Source of the DNA: a virus
Lineage: Duplodnaviria > Caudoviricetes
Virus record (IMG/VR): IMGVR_UViG_3300034130_000016
Location: 1 to 57,109 of that record
Length of the DNA: 57,109 nt
Reading direction: 5' to 3' (one strand)
Shown here: positions 38,309 through 46,745 of the stretch, one piece after another
Numbering within the stretch: position 1 is the first letter of the stretch
Layout of the letters: each line of letters starts with the position of its first letter
Made by a program: the position numbers and the translations under genes
Notes under the pieces: generated by a model
What the model saw: the letters and a program-made list of their open reading frames with translations, nothing else
The model's database searches: none
What the model was told of the DNA's origin: nothing

Positions 38309-38366
38309 TATGTCGGACCATTATGGAAGGATGGTCCGGCTAGCTGATCAGGAAGAACGGGGCGAA

Positions 38367-38681
38367 ATGAACTTGGTAAACGCGCAGACTTTGCCCTGGT
38401 ATTTGATCACCATCCTGGTGGGCGCCCTTTCCGCCGTGTTCTACTCCCTGCTTCGGGGCCGCGTCCTGTCCGCCCGGGTCGCTGAACTGCTACGGGAAAG
38501 TGCCGAAAAGCGGGCCGAGATCGCCGAAGCCGGAGTGGCCGCTAATACTAAGAGCGTCGAATCCCTCGTAGCCTCGGTGGGTAAACTGATGGTATTAGCG
38601 GAGAATCAGGACAAGGTTCTCAATGCTCTCCATCAGCGTGCCGCCCGGGGAGACGGTAAGAACCGAGGTGGTACCTCGTGA
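38367..38681 (+). CDS. membrane protein of the lysis cassette
   Basis: One TM helix plus coiled coil; visibly lower GC; in-frame TTA codon. Confidence 0.65.
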   Translation: MNLVNAQTLPWYLITILVGALSAVFYSLLRGRVLSARVAELLRESAEKRAEIAEAGVAANTKSVESLVASVGKLMVLAENQDKVLNALHQRAARGDGKNRGGTS

Positions 38682-38887
38682 CGCGGTTGCCGTGGCGCAA
38701 GCGGCTGGAGCAGTCCCAGGACGCCGTACGTGAGGCGGAGCGGCTGCGCGACCAGGCCGAGGAGCAGCAGCGCCAGGTAGAGCGGATCGTGCCGCGCGTG
38801 GACGCTGTGACCGCCTCTCTGCAAAGGTTGCGTACAGAAAACCATCTAGGACCCATGATCGAAGCGATACTGCGAGGCACTGAGTGA
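38678..38887 (+). CDS. small lysis-cassette protein
   Basis: LPW...coiled coil...ENHLGP; GTGA overlaps. Confidence 0.65.
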   Translation: MTRLPWRKRLEQSQDAVREAERLRDQAEEQQRQVERIVPRVDAVTASLQRLRTENHLGPMIEAILRGTE

Positions 38888-39231
38888 CCCCCCAGACCCT
38901 GGGCACGTTCGGCGTGTACGTCTCGGCAATTCTCTCCACCGTCGGCTTCGTCAGCTTCGTCACGCTGGCCCGCTTCTGGCAGTCCGGCCGGGGCGGCTGG
39001 CTCGTCTTCTGGGACCTGCTCATGGTCGCGTGGATCCTGGATCTCAGCTCGATCTCCCACCTCTTCGACCCGCCGTGGTTCGCGTGGTTCCGGGTGGCGA
39101 CGTTCGCCGTCGGGTTCCCGGCGCTGCTGGTGTGGCGTCTCCAGATCATTTTCGATCTTCAGCTCCGGGACCGGTGGCGCCGCAGGGCGTACCGTGGGGC
39201 AGACAGCCAACAAGGGGAGGCGCAGGGGTGA
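38884..39231 (+). CDS. holin-like membrane protein
   Basis: Three TM helices directly before the endolysin. Confidence 0.6.
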   Translation: MTPQTLGTFGVYVSAILSTVGFVSFVTLARFWQSGRGGWLVFWDLLMVAWILDLSSISHLFDPPWFAWFRVATFAVGFPALLVWRLQIIFDLQLRDRWRRRAYRGADSQQGEAQG

Positions 39232-40184
39232 CGACGATCTTCGGTCTCGACTTCAGCCACTACGACGCGCTGCCCGCCGGTGCCCGCGTGGTTGCCGAGG
39301 GTTTCAGCTTCTTCACCCACAAGGCGGGCGGGGATGCCAACGACCCGGAGCTGGGCGCCTGGTGGCAGGCAATGAAGCCGCACCGCGATGAAGTGGAGCT
39401 GGGCGCCTACTGGGTTCTCCGGCGCGTGGACGGCAAGTCGGCAGCCGACGCCTTCCTAGCCCGGCTCGATGCGCAGTGCCCCGGCTGGAGGGATGGCCCG
39501 TTCATCCTGCAACTGGACTGCGAATCGTGGAACAGCGGGAACACTCCAGCTCCGACGAAGGCGCAGATCAAGGCGTGCGCCGACCGGCTGCGCGAGAAGA
39601 TGCCGAAGCTCATGCCGTTCGTCTACGCCCCGAAGTGGGTGTACGGGTCCAGCCTGACCGGCCTGGGATACCCGCTCTGGGCGTCCTCGTACGTCTCAGG
39701 TAGCGGTTCGGCCACCAGGCTCTACCCGGGGGACAACTCGTCCCACTGGAGCGCGTACAGCGGGCAGACGCCCGCCATCCTGCAATTCAGCAGCTCGGCG
39801 ACCGCGCTGGGCCAGACCACGTGCGACGTCAACGCCTACCGGGGCACATTGACGGAGCTTCTCGCCCTCACCGCCCCGGGATGGGAGATCGACATGACGA
39901 CCGTAGACCTCACGCCCGCAGCGGTTACCGCCGTGGCCGCCGCCTTGAAGAAGGCGCTCACCGAACCGGCCGCGTTTACGGACGCCGCCGGGGGCAACCA
40001 CACCGCCCTCTCGGATGCGCTGCTGAACGTGGCGCAGATCCCCGGCGCCGACGGGAAGCGCGCCTCGGTGTGGCGGGCGCTGGCCGCCGCCGCGCAGCAG
40101 CAGGCCGCGCCGGTCATTCCGCAGGAGCAGCTTGACCTGGCCGTCCTCAACGCCCTCAAGACCCTCGCCGGGGGGAAGGCGTGA
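39228..40184 (+). CDS. endolysin, GH25 muramidase
   Basis: GLDFSHY, KA, LDCE (DxE), ILQFSS, CDVNAY. Confidence 0.85.
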   Translation: MTTIFGLDFSHYDALPAGARVVAEGFSFFTHKAGGDANDPELGAWWQAMKPHRDEVELGAYWVLRRVDGKSAADAFLARLDAQCPGWRDGPFILQLDCESWNSGNTPAPTKAQIKACADRLREKMPKLMPFVYAPKWVYGSSLTGLGYPLWASSYVSGSGSATRLYPGDNSSHWSAYSGQTPAILQFSSSATALGQTTCDVNAYRGTLTELLALTAPGWEIDMTTVDLTPAAVTAVAAALKKALTEPAAFTDAAGGNHTALSDALLNVAQIPGADGKRASVWRALAAAAQQQAAPVIPQEQLDLAVLNALKTLAGGKA

Positions 40185-40444
40185 GCAACCCGTTTCGCAG
40201 GTTCCCGCTGACGACCCTGATCGCGTGGGGTACCACGGTGTTGGCTGTCCTCGTCGTCCTTCAGTCGTCGGGCCTGCTTACCGGCACGGTGGCGCACTGG
40301 GTGGACGTGGCGGCGGGCGCGCTCCAGGTCGTGCTGACCGCGTACGCCAAGGGCCACACGACGCCCGTAGCGCGCCCTCGGGACGCTTACGGGCGTCGCC
40401 TGGTACCGGCATCGGGGGAAAGCATCACGTCGCCTCGGAGGTAG
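40181..40444 (+). CDS. holin candidate
   Basis: Two TM helices, TTPVARP tail, follows the endolysin. Confidence 0.65.
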   Translation: MSNPFRRFPLTTLIAWGTTVLAVLVVLQSSGLLTGTVAHWVDVAAGALQVVLTAYAKGHTTPVARPRDAYGRRLVPASGESITSPRR

Positions 40445-40445
40445 C

Positions 40446-40613
40446 TCAGGGCTGGCGGGGGTTGCGGTTCCACGGGGCCGCAATCCCCAGGTTCCATCCG
40501 GTGGCGAAGTAGAGGGCCAGGAACGCCAGCCCGAGCATGAGCAGGTTGATCGAGCCGACATGCACGCCGAAGGCGGCCAGGAACCAGATGATCGCTGCAA
40601 TCAGGGCAAACAT
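40446..40613 (-). CDS. small membrane protein (55 aa)
   Basis: MFALIAAIIWFLAAFGVHVGSINLLMLGLAFLALYF; TACCAT -10 lies 6 nt upstream (leaderless). Confidence 0.65.
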   Translation of the reverse strand: MFALIAAIIWFLAAFGVHVGSINLLMLGLAFLALYFATGWNLGIAAPWNRNPRQP

Positions 40614-40657
40614 GCCAGGATGGTACCCATCGCAGGGACCGATCGAAACGAGGAACG

Positions 40658-41008
40658 ATGGCAGGCCGTACGCCCTTGGGTGTCGTCAGCATGAACCGCT
40701 TCAACCTGCTGACGTTCTCGGTCTCCACGGCCGCTGACGTGGCGAACGGCAACGTCACCCCGAACGACGGCTTCACGTTCTTCGCCGTCTTCAACGCCGA
40801 TGCGGCCGTGGTGCACAACCTGACCGTGACGGTGGTCAACGGGATCGACGGGCTGACGGCCGGGCCTCGCCCGTATCCGATCCCCGTGTCGGCGTCCGGT
40901 ACCCAGTTCACCGGGCCGTGGCCGATCCAGTACTACGGCACCCAGTTGCTGTGGAACGCGGACAACGTGAACATCAAGGTTCAGCCGGTCTCACTGCTGG
41001 GTCCGTAG
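40658..41008 (+). CDS. hypothetical beta-rich protein, possibly a virion decoration protein
   Basis: GAGG RBS; DVANGN..PNDG, GPWP..YG. Confidence 0.65.
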   Translation: MAGRTPLGVVSMNRFNLLTFSVSTAADVANGNVTPNDGFTFFAVFNADAAVVHNLTVTVVNGIDGLTAGPRPYPIPVSASGTQFTGPWPIQYYGTQLLWNADNVNIKVQPVSLLGP

Positions 41009-41009
41009 C

Positions 41010-41492
41010 TCACCCTTTGGCGGACAGCCATAGCGAGGCGATGCCGAATACCAGCACGAGCAGCACGCTGATCCCGCCGAGGACTGCCCCGATGTTCAAC
41101 CGGGACTCCCCGACCTGGGCGCGCTGCCCGGCCTGCTCGTACTGCACCCGGCGCAGGTCGGCGATGTCCTTCTGGATCGGTTCCAGGGATGCCGCCAACG
41201 AGATCCGGAACGCCTCCGCCGAGGTGGCGACCTGGGCGGCCAGCGTGGTGGCCTGCTGTGCGGACACTTCGGCGGCCCGCTGGATCTGCCCTTGGTCTAC
41301 GGCGCGGATGGCGTCAAGCCGGGCGGTCTCGATCAGCCGTAGCTCGTTGGCGTGGGCGGCTCGTACTTCGGCGAGTAGGTCGCTGGCCTTACGTAGGTCG
41401 TCCTGGCGTAGTACGGCGGCTGTGACCAGGTCCAGGACGTTCTTGGTCGGGTCCACGGCTGGCCTGCCGTCGGTGGCCTCGCCGGGCGTCAT
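41010..41492 (-). CDS. coiled-coil protein with C-terminal TM anchor
   Basis: 160 aa; TAGGAT -10 upstream. Confidence 0.7.
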   Translation of the reverse strand: MTPGEATDGRPAVDPTKNVLDLVTAAVLRQDDLRKASDLLAEVRAAHANELRLIETARLDAIRAVDQGQIQRAAEVSAQQATTLAAQVATSAEAFRISLAASLEPIQKDIADLRRVQYEQAGQRAQVGESRLNIGAVLGGISVLLVLVFGIASLWLSAKG

Positions 41493-41637
41493 GGTCGGCT
41501 ATCCTATCCGTCGTTTTTGATCTTGCGCTTCTTGTGTTTGGGCCGGTAGGAGAGCTGGAGGGCCAGCAGTTCCCGGCGCCGGGCGGCGGCCTCCCGGCGC
41601 TCCTGCGCCCGACGCTGAGTCCGCCGCCCCCGGCTGT

Positions 41638-42006
41638 TCACTCCGCAGTGCCCCATCGCTCCTTCTGCACGTCCATCGCGGTCGGGAAGGTCGGCAGGGC
41701 CACCGCCTCGGTGGGACGCGGTACCGGGCCGGGCTTGCCCTGGTCGGAGCGGATGCCTGCGCGGACCATCCAGTCCTTCGCCTCGACCAGCCGGTTGAGG
41801 GCCGTGGTCAGCTCGGCCGAGTCGTTGGGGATACGCTCGATCAGCTCGGCGGCGGCCGTGTAGATGGGCATGGCGAATCGCTGGAGCTTCGGGGGCAGGT
41901 GCGAGTACGCCAGCCAGGCCATCGCGGTCTGCACGCCGGGGTGGCTGCCCTTGGTGATGGCCGCCGCGTGCTCGGCCGTGCCGTAGACGGGGTCGTAGAC
42001 CTTCAT
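41638..42006 (-). CDS. helical hairpin protein, Acb2/Tad1-like candidate
   Basis: AYSHLPPKLQ...SAELTTALNRLVEAKDWMVRA; AAGGAGG RBS. Confidence 0.5.
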   Translation of the reverse strand: MKVYDPVYGTAEHAAAITKGSHPGVQTAMAWLAYSHLPPKLQRFAMPIYTAAAELIERIPNDSAELTTALNRLVEAKDWMVRAGIRSDQGKPGPVPRPTEAVALPTFPTAMDVQKERWGTAE

Positions 42007-42425
42007 TCGGTCTCCTCCTTCAAGGTTGAAGCTTCGATCGTGAGGTCGAGACCGGCCACGGTCTCGACCAGGTTGAGGTTGTCGGCCCACTCGTAGCCGC
42101 CGTTCTCCAGCAGATACCACCAGCCGTGACCGTTCACCGTGTGGATCTTCGCGGGGACGCTGTACGGGTCCACGCCCGAGCGACGCTCGATGACCCAGCC
42201 GATGGCAATGCAGGCCGCCGCGTCAGCCAGCGTCCGGTCATGGCATACCCGGCAGAGCATCAGCAGGTTCCGGGGGTCGTTCGACGCCACGCTGGCCGCC
42301 CCGTGTACGCCCCCTGAGCCGCGCGTCATCCGGTGGTGCGGGTCCAGGTGCCCAGGAATGCCGCAGCCCTCACACAGGCCGTATGAGCGGGCCTGCGCAA
42401 GGGCTTTAGCCTTCTCGAAGTCCAT
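42003..42425 (-). CDS. HNH endonuclease
   Basis: CEGC...HHR...N...NLLMLCRVCH. Confidence 0.82.
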   Translation of the reverse strand: MDFEKAKALAQARSYGLCEGCGIPGHLDPHHRMTRGSGGVHGAASVASNDPRNLLMLCRVCHDRTLADAAACIAIGWVIERRSGVDPYSVPAKIHTVNGHGWWYLLENGGYEWADNLNLVETVAGLDLTIEASTLKEETE

Positions 42426-42426
42426 G

Positions 42427-42639
42427 TCAGAAGGGCAGCTCGTCGTCGGGGCCGGGTGCGTGGCGGGCGTCGACAACCTCGCGGTAGCCCTGGAGGCGGG
42501 GCGGGTAGCCCATGCCGTCGTCCTTGTAGACGATCGCATACGGGTCGCGTCCGGCCTTCTTGACGATGCGGCGCCGCTGGCGGGCGGTCGGGCGCTTGCC
42601 GTAGACGTTCGTGCGGGTCAGGGTGTCCATCCTGCTCAT
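42427..42639 (-). CDS. small basic protein
   Basis: GAGGAG RBS; ends DDELPF. Confidence 0.6.
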   Translation of the reverse strand: MSRMDTLTRTNVYGKRPTARQRRRIVKKAGRDPYAIVYKDDGMGYPPRLQGYREVVDARHAPGPDDELPF

Positions 42640-42645
42640 CTCCTC

Positions 42646-42666
42646 GTGTCTGCCCCAAGCATACAG
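42646..42666 (-). promoter_or_regulatory. 21-bp palindromic operator/-10 element (copy e)
   Basis: Minus strand CTGTATGC-TTGGG-GCAGACAC, then RBS. Confidence 0.65.
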
Positions 42667-42756
42667 CATGAGAGCCAGAGACGCCCCCAGCGGGTTGTGC
42701 ACACCCACTGGGGGCGTTGCCCGAATCGAACGAGCACGGGGCCGGTCCGCTCGCAT

Positions 42757-43047
42757 CTAGCAGGGGCAGTGGTGCGTCTTGGAGTGCTCCGGGTTCGGCC
42801 AGTGACCCGTCGCCCGCTTCTCCAGGTTCGCACAGTGCCCGGCAAGCTGGCCGGGCTTCACGTACTTGCCCAGGTGGGTCTTGCAGCGGCAGAACGCGCA
42901 CGGCTCCGCCCAGCGGATCTTCGCCGCGCCCTCACCGGAGGTCCAGTAAGCGTCTAGCCGCTCCTCGCCGCCGACACCCTTGGGCGTGACGGCGAAGGAG
43001 CGGCTGACGGCATACCCGATGTCCCGGGCGAACTGCGCGAGCTTCAT
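42757..43047 (-). CDS. small Cys-rich protein with YW..GEGAAKIRW motif
   Basis: YWTSGEGAAKIRWAEP...RC...L.KY...G.CANL....G.WP; TAGCCT -10 upstream. Confidence 0.7.
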   Translation of the reverse strand: MKLAQFARDIGYAVSRSFAVTPKGVGGEERLDAYWTSGEGAAKIRWAEPCAFCRCKTHLGKYVKPGQLAGHCANLEKRATGHWPNPEHSKTHHCPC

Positions 43048-43056
43048 GCGCTCAGG

Positions 43057-43329
43057 CTACTTGCACCGGGGATCGTTGGGGACCACGGCGATGCTGGGCG
43101 GCAGGGTGTCATCGGCCCCGGCGGAGCCGCTGTAGACCATGTTCGGGCCGTCGCACTTGTAGGCGACGTTCCGGAAGCCGTACGGGAACTGGACGATGCT
43201 GGCCGGGCCGGTGGGCTGCACGACGCTGGCGTTGTCGCTGGCGTGGTTGCCGCCCCAGCAGCCCGCCAGCCCGCCCAGGGCCAGCGTGCCGACACAGATC
43301 AGGGCGGCCGTGCGCGTCTTGCCCCGCAT
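43057..43329 (-). CDS. lipoprotein
   Basis: Signal peptide with LAGC lipobox. Confidence 0.7.
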   Translation of the reverse strand: MRGKTRTAALICVGTLALGGLAGCWGGNHASDNASVVQPTGPASIVQFPYGFRNVAYKCDGPNMVYSGSAGADDTLPPSIAVVPNDPRCK

Positions 43330-43835
43330 CAGAGACCAGCCGCCTTGACGCCGTGGCGGGCCTGGGCGGCGCTGAAGCCTTCGTACTCCAACTGGCTGAT
43401 CAGGCCGCTCCGGGAGAACGACTGCCCGCTCAGGTAGTCCTTCGCCTTCACCTCGGCCTGCTTGTACCAGTCGACGCGCAGGGAGTCGACGGCGGCCGTG
43501 GAGACCTTGGCCGGGTAGCCCTCGAAGTTGAGCTGCTCGATCAGGCTCTTGCGGGAGAAGCCGGTGGCGCCGTCCAGGTAGTCCTGAGCCTTCTCGGTGG
43601 CGTTCTGCTGCTCGGCGCTGACCGCCTTGGTGGTGGGCGCCGGGGTCGGCTCGGCCGTGGTCGGCCTGACGGTCGGCGCGGGGGTGGTCGGCCGGGTGGT
43701 GTGGGCCGCCGTCGTGGCCGGGGTGTGCGGGGCGAACGTGCCCGGGTCGGACGGGGCGCCCGCGCCGCAGGCGGCGCCCGCCGCGATGGACAGAGCTGCC
43801 ACGCCGAGCATGACAGCCGTACGGATCTTGCTCAT
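43329..43835 (-). CDS. Ltp-family surface lipoprotein (superinfection exclusion candidate)
   Basis: Lipobox, Pro/Thr linker, two A..KA.DYL....FSR..LI.QL.[FY]EG repeats. Confidence 0.82.
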   Translation of the reverse strand: MSKIRTAVMLGVAALSIAAGAACGAGAPSDPGTFAPHTPATTAAHTTRPTTPAPTVRPTTAEPTPAPTTKAVSAEQQNATEKAQDYLDGATGFSRKSLIEQLNFEGYPAKVSTAAVDSLRVDWYKQAEVKAKDYLSGQSFSRSGLISQLEYEGFSAAQARHGVKAAGL

Positions 43836-43905
43836 ATCTCCTCCTCCTGGGTGGCCCGACCGGGCTGGCCGGGCCATCTCCATGATCAAAAACGATGCGT
43901 CCGAG

Positions 43906-44247
43906 TTACGGACGCCATCCCGCCAGGGTCAGCGCGGCGGCCACCACATCAGGGCTGACGTGCGCGAGCAGAGTCTCCGAGCAGTGGTCGCAGCCGAGGT
44001 AGAAGATCGTCTCAACGTCGTTGAGGGTCAACCGGCCATCGACCACGCCCGACTTGTTGTGGGGCACCACGCCCCAGCTCAGCTCCTTCTCGCCGCACGC
44101 CGGGCAGACGCCCCGGGCGATCATCGCCGACCGGCAGTCCTTACAGGTGCGCAGCTCCAGGGCGCCGGTCAGCTCGCGCGGCAGGGCCGAGGTAAGCCCG
44201 CACCAGGTCAGCGCGTATCCCCCGGTGACCAGGTGCTTCACTGCCAT
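43906..44247 (-). CDS. multi-CxxC zinc-binding protein
   Basis: CKDC, CPAC, CDHC. Confidence 0.7.
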   Translation of the reverse strand: MAVKHLVTGGYALTWCGLTSALPRELTGALELRTCKDCRSAMIARGVCPACGEKELSWGVVPHNKSGVVDGRLTLNDVETIFYLGCDHCSETLLAHVSPDVVAAALTLAGWRP

Positions 44248-44426
44248 CCTCCGTTCGCCGGGGGGTCGCAGATCCGGACGGTGCTACCGCCCTTCTTGGT
44301 GGTGACGACGTGGCCGCCCCGGGCCTGGCAGTCCCGGGTGAACTTGTCGCCCTTAGTGGTGCCGCCGCAGGCGATGGCGCCCAGCACAGCCAGTAGCGCG
44401 ATGATCCAGGCGATTCGGGTCTTCAC
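44238..44426 (-). CDS. small lipoprotein
   Basis: GAGGAGG RBS; hydrophobic leader ending AIAC. Confidence 0.6.
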   Translation of the reverse strand: MKTRIAWIIALLAVLGAIACGGTTKGDKFTRDCQARGGHVVTTKKGGSTVRICDPPANGGWQ

Positions 44427-44980
44427 TTGTCCTCCTCGGGGCTCTCCGGAGCGGGGAATTCGGAGATGCCCAGCTCGCGGGCCGCGTCGTTGACGATGCG
44501 GCGGATGTCGTCGGGGGCGTACTGGCGCCAGCACTCCTCGCCCCGGTTCTCGTGCCGGTGACCCGACGCCTCGTGGTTGCTCTTACCGCCCTCGATCCAG
44601 CCGTCCAGGGCGGACAGGAGGGTGGCGAGAGCCTGGCGCTGAGCGACCTTACGAAGGCTGGACGACTGGATAGCCTTGCTGTCGATCACCTCCGTCCTCT
44701 TCTTCTCCCGGTGCGCCTGGTCGGCGTCGGCCGCCGCGTCGATCAGGTTGTCGGCGCTCACGTTGAACATCAGCGTGTGCAGCGAGTGGATGACGGCTCC
44801 GGCCGCGCGGGCGTAGGTCGAAAACTCGTGGGTCTCCTGCGCCGCCATCTCGATGTTGCGCTTGGCCTCGCACTCGATGTCGTCGGCCGTGGCGCGGATG
44901 CGGGCAACGGTACTGTCGACGTTGCGCTGGAGCCGGGCCGCCGCTACGGCTTCCCACTGCCGGTCGTTCGGCCCGCTCAT
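44423..44980 (-). CDS. hypothetical protein
   Basis: 185 aa, coupled overlaps. Confidence 0.7.
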   Translation of the reverse strand: MSGPNDRQWEAVAAARLQRNVDSTVARIRATADDIECEAKRNIEMAAQETHEFSTYARAAGAVIHSLHTLMFNVSADNLIDAAADADQAHREKKRTEVIDSKAIQSSSLRKVAQRQALATLLSALDGWIEGGKSNHEASGHRHENRGEECWRQYAPDDIRRIVNDAARELGISEFPAPESPEEDK

Positions 44981-45555
44981 GACCCGTACGCCCCGTTCTC
45001 CAGCCGGTCCGCGAACGCGGGGTCGTACTGGACCGCAGGGGACGGCTCCAGGGTGCGGGCAAAGCCGTTCGCCAGGGCCGCCATGCGGGCGACACCCTCA
45101 GAGGTGGTGGTGACGGTCACATACGGGGAGCCCTGCACGACCTCGATGAAGTCCAGCGCCTCACCGTCGCGCGGGTCCACGCCGCCTTCGCCGATCTCAC
45201 CGACCAGCTTGGCGTAATCCGTGAGCGCCTTCAGGAACGCCGGGTTGATCGCCTTGACGATCTCGTCGGGATACTTGGCCAGGCACCACCTGAGTGCCGC
45301 CGCCTGGTCGACGACCTTGGCGGCCTTCCGGCCACCGGAGTAGCCGACCGCCGCGAGCTTCATCCCGTCGAGGTAGGCGCCGACGCGCTCCACGCGCCGC
45401 ACGCCCATGTCCTCGGTGACCCTGGCCCGCAGGGCGTCCGCTACGGGCTTGAGCGCCTTCAGGTAGGTCTCGACGGCGGCCAGCTTCTCCGCGTCGGTCA
45501 GCCCGTCTCCGGGGCCGTCGTGGACGACGACGGCCCCGGGGGTGGTGTCGGTCAT
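44977..45555 (-). CDS. hypothetical protein in the recombination operon
   Basis: AAGGAG RBS; lies downstream of ERF. Confidence 0.7.
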   Translation of the reverse strand: MTDTTPGAVVVHDGPGDGLTDAEKLAAVETYLKALKPVADALRARVTEDMGVRRVERVGAYLDGMKLAAVGYSGGRKAAKVVDQAAALRWCLAKYPDEIVKAINPAFLKALTDYAKLVGEIGEGGVDPRDGEALDFIEVVQGSPYVTVTTTSEGVARMAALANGFARTLEPSPAVQYDPAFADRLENGAYGS

Positions 45556-45767
45556 GAGCACTCCTTCATCGGTTGCGTGCTACATGCACGCAATGTGCGG
45601 GCGAGCAGGGATTCACAGTTGTCGGTGGACCGGCCCTTGCCGGGCGTGCAGGGGGTGGTGACCTGAGCGTGCCCGCAGGGGCACCGCCATATGGCGTGGT
45701 TCGTGCAGCGGACCAGGATGAACCCGGCCCGCTCGAACCTCCGGAAGAGATCCGAGCGGGCGCGCAT
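45552..45767 (-). CDS. HicA-like small protein
   Basis: GF.L.R..NH..W.CP.G...VT.P.TP pattern, 71 aa. Confidence 0.5.
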   Translation of the reverse strand: MRARSDLFRRFERAGFILVRCTNHAIWRCPCGHAQVTTPCTPGKGRSTDNCESLLARTLRACSTQPMKECS

Positions 45768-46684
45768 CAGTCGCCCTGCTCTTCGGCGAGGCTGGCGCTG
45801 ATCTCCGCCGTGTCTGCCGCGTGTGCCGCCAGCTCGTGGGCTTCGTGCAGCACCTGCTCCAGGGTCTCCGTCGCCGACACCTTGACGTTCATCAGCCCGC
45901 GCCCCTCGGCAACGGTCTTGATGTCGCCCAGCTCCAGGAGGGTCGCCTCCGGGGTGAGCGCCTGGTCGGCCAGCCGCAGGGCCAGGACCAGGGTTGCGGT
46001 CTTGCCGGACGGGCCGAGCGGACGGGTGTGCAGGTCGTGGCTCGCCATCCAGTCGTAGCCCTTGGCGGTCAGCTCCAGGCTCACGGACGGGTCGGCCAGC
46101 TTCATGGTATAGGCGGCCACTTCCTCATCGGTCCAGGAGGTCTTCGGCGCCGGTGCGGCCTTCGCGGGCGCCGCCTGCGGCTCCTCGCCTGCCTGGGCCT
46201 GCCGGTCCTCAACCGGGCGCCGGGCGGGCTGGGCGGTCTCCCACGAGTCGCGGGCTGCCTGCTGGGCCTGCTTGCCGTCGTCGTCGATCCCGCCGGGGAA
46301 GGTGCCGGTCAGGCCCCAGCCGACGTAGCGGCGCCCGTAGGTCATCGCGGAGCCGATGTCCTGCGGCCCGACGCCCCGGACGGACGGGTCGGGCAGCGGC
46401 CAGTAGCCGTTGCGCTCGTCCCCGCCCTCGTGCAGCAGGGTGACGACCAGGACGAACCGGCCGTCTTCCCAGCAGGGCGCCGAGGTGACGGACAGGCCGT
46501 GCTTGCCGAGGACGGGTTCGACGATCTCGACGAACTGGTCCAGGCCCGCATAGCCGTAGGTGTACTTGACGGGTGCGCCGGTCTCGCCGTTCTTGCCGGT
46601 GACCTTGGCCGTCTCGTCCTTGGACATCTTCGGCACCTCGGCCTGGAATGCCGCCAGCGCCGCCGCAAGTGTCTCGTGCTCCAT
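45767..46684 (-). CDS. ERF-family single-strand annealing protein
   Basis: Y.YA.L, P.L.KHGL, PQDIGSAMTYGRRY. Confidence 0.9.
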   Translation of the reverse strand: MEHETLAAALAAFQAEVPKMSKDETAKVTGKNGETGAPVKYTYGYAGLDQFVEIVEPVLGKHGLSVTSAPCWEDGRFVLVVTLLHEGGDERNGYWPLPDPSVRGVGPQDIGSAMTYGRRYVGWGLTGTFPGGIDDDGKQAQQAARDSWETAQPARRPVEDRQAQAGEEPQAAPAKAAPAPKTSWTDEEVAAYTMKLADPSVSLELTAKGYDWMASHDLHTRPLGPSGKTATLVLALRLADQALTPEATLLELGDIKTVAEGRGLMNVKVSATETLEQVLHEAHELAAHAADTAEISASLAEEQGD

Positions 46685-46703
46685 TGCGTACCTCCTTGAT
46701 TGA

Positions 46704-46743
46704 CTGTCTGCGCCCAGCATACACCAAGGGGGCAAGCCGTCAA
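46704..46743 (-). promoter_or_regulatory. sigma70-type promoter with operator copy f (46704-46724)
   Basis: Minus strand TTGACG-N16-TATGCT overlapping GTGTATGC-TGGGC-GCAGACAG; AAGGAGG RBS. Confidence 0.7.
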
Positions 46744-46745
46744 GC

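Noticed and set aside
40640-40651. Extra copy of the 13-bp motif (CGATCGAAACGA)
   Set aside because: One A short; not counted, like the near matches at about 4988 and 44815
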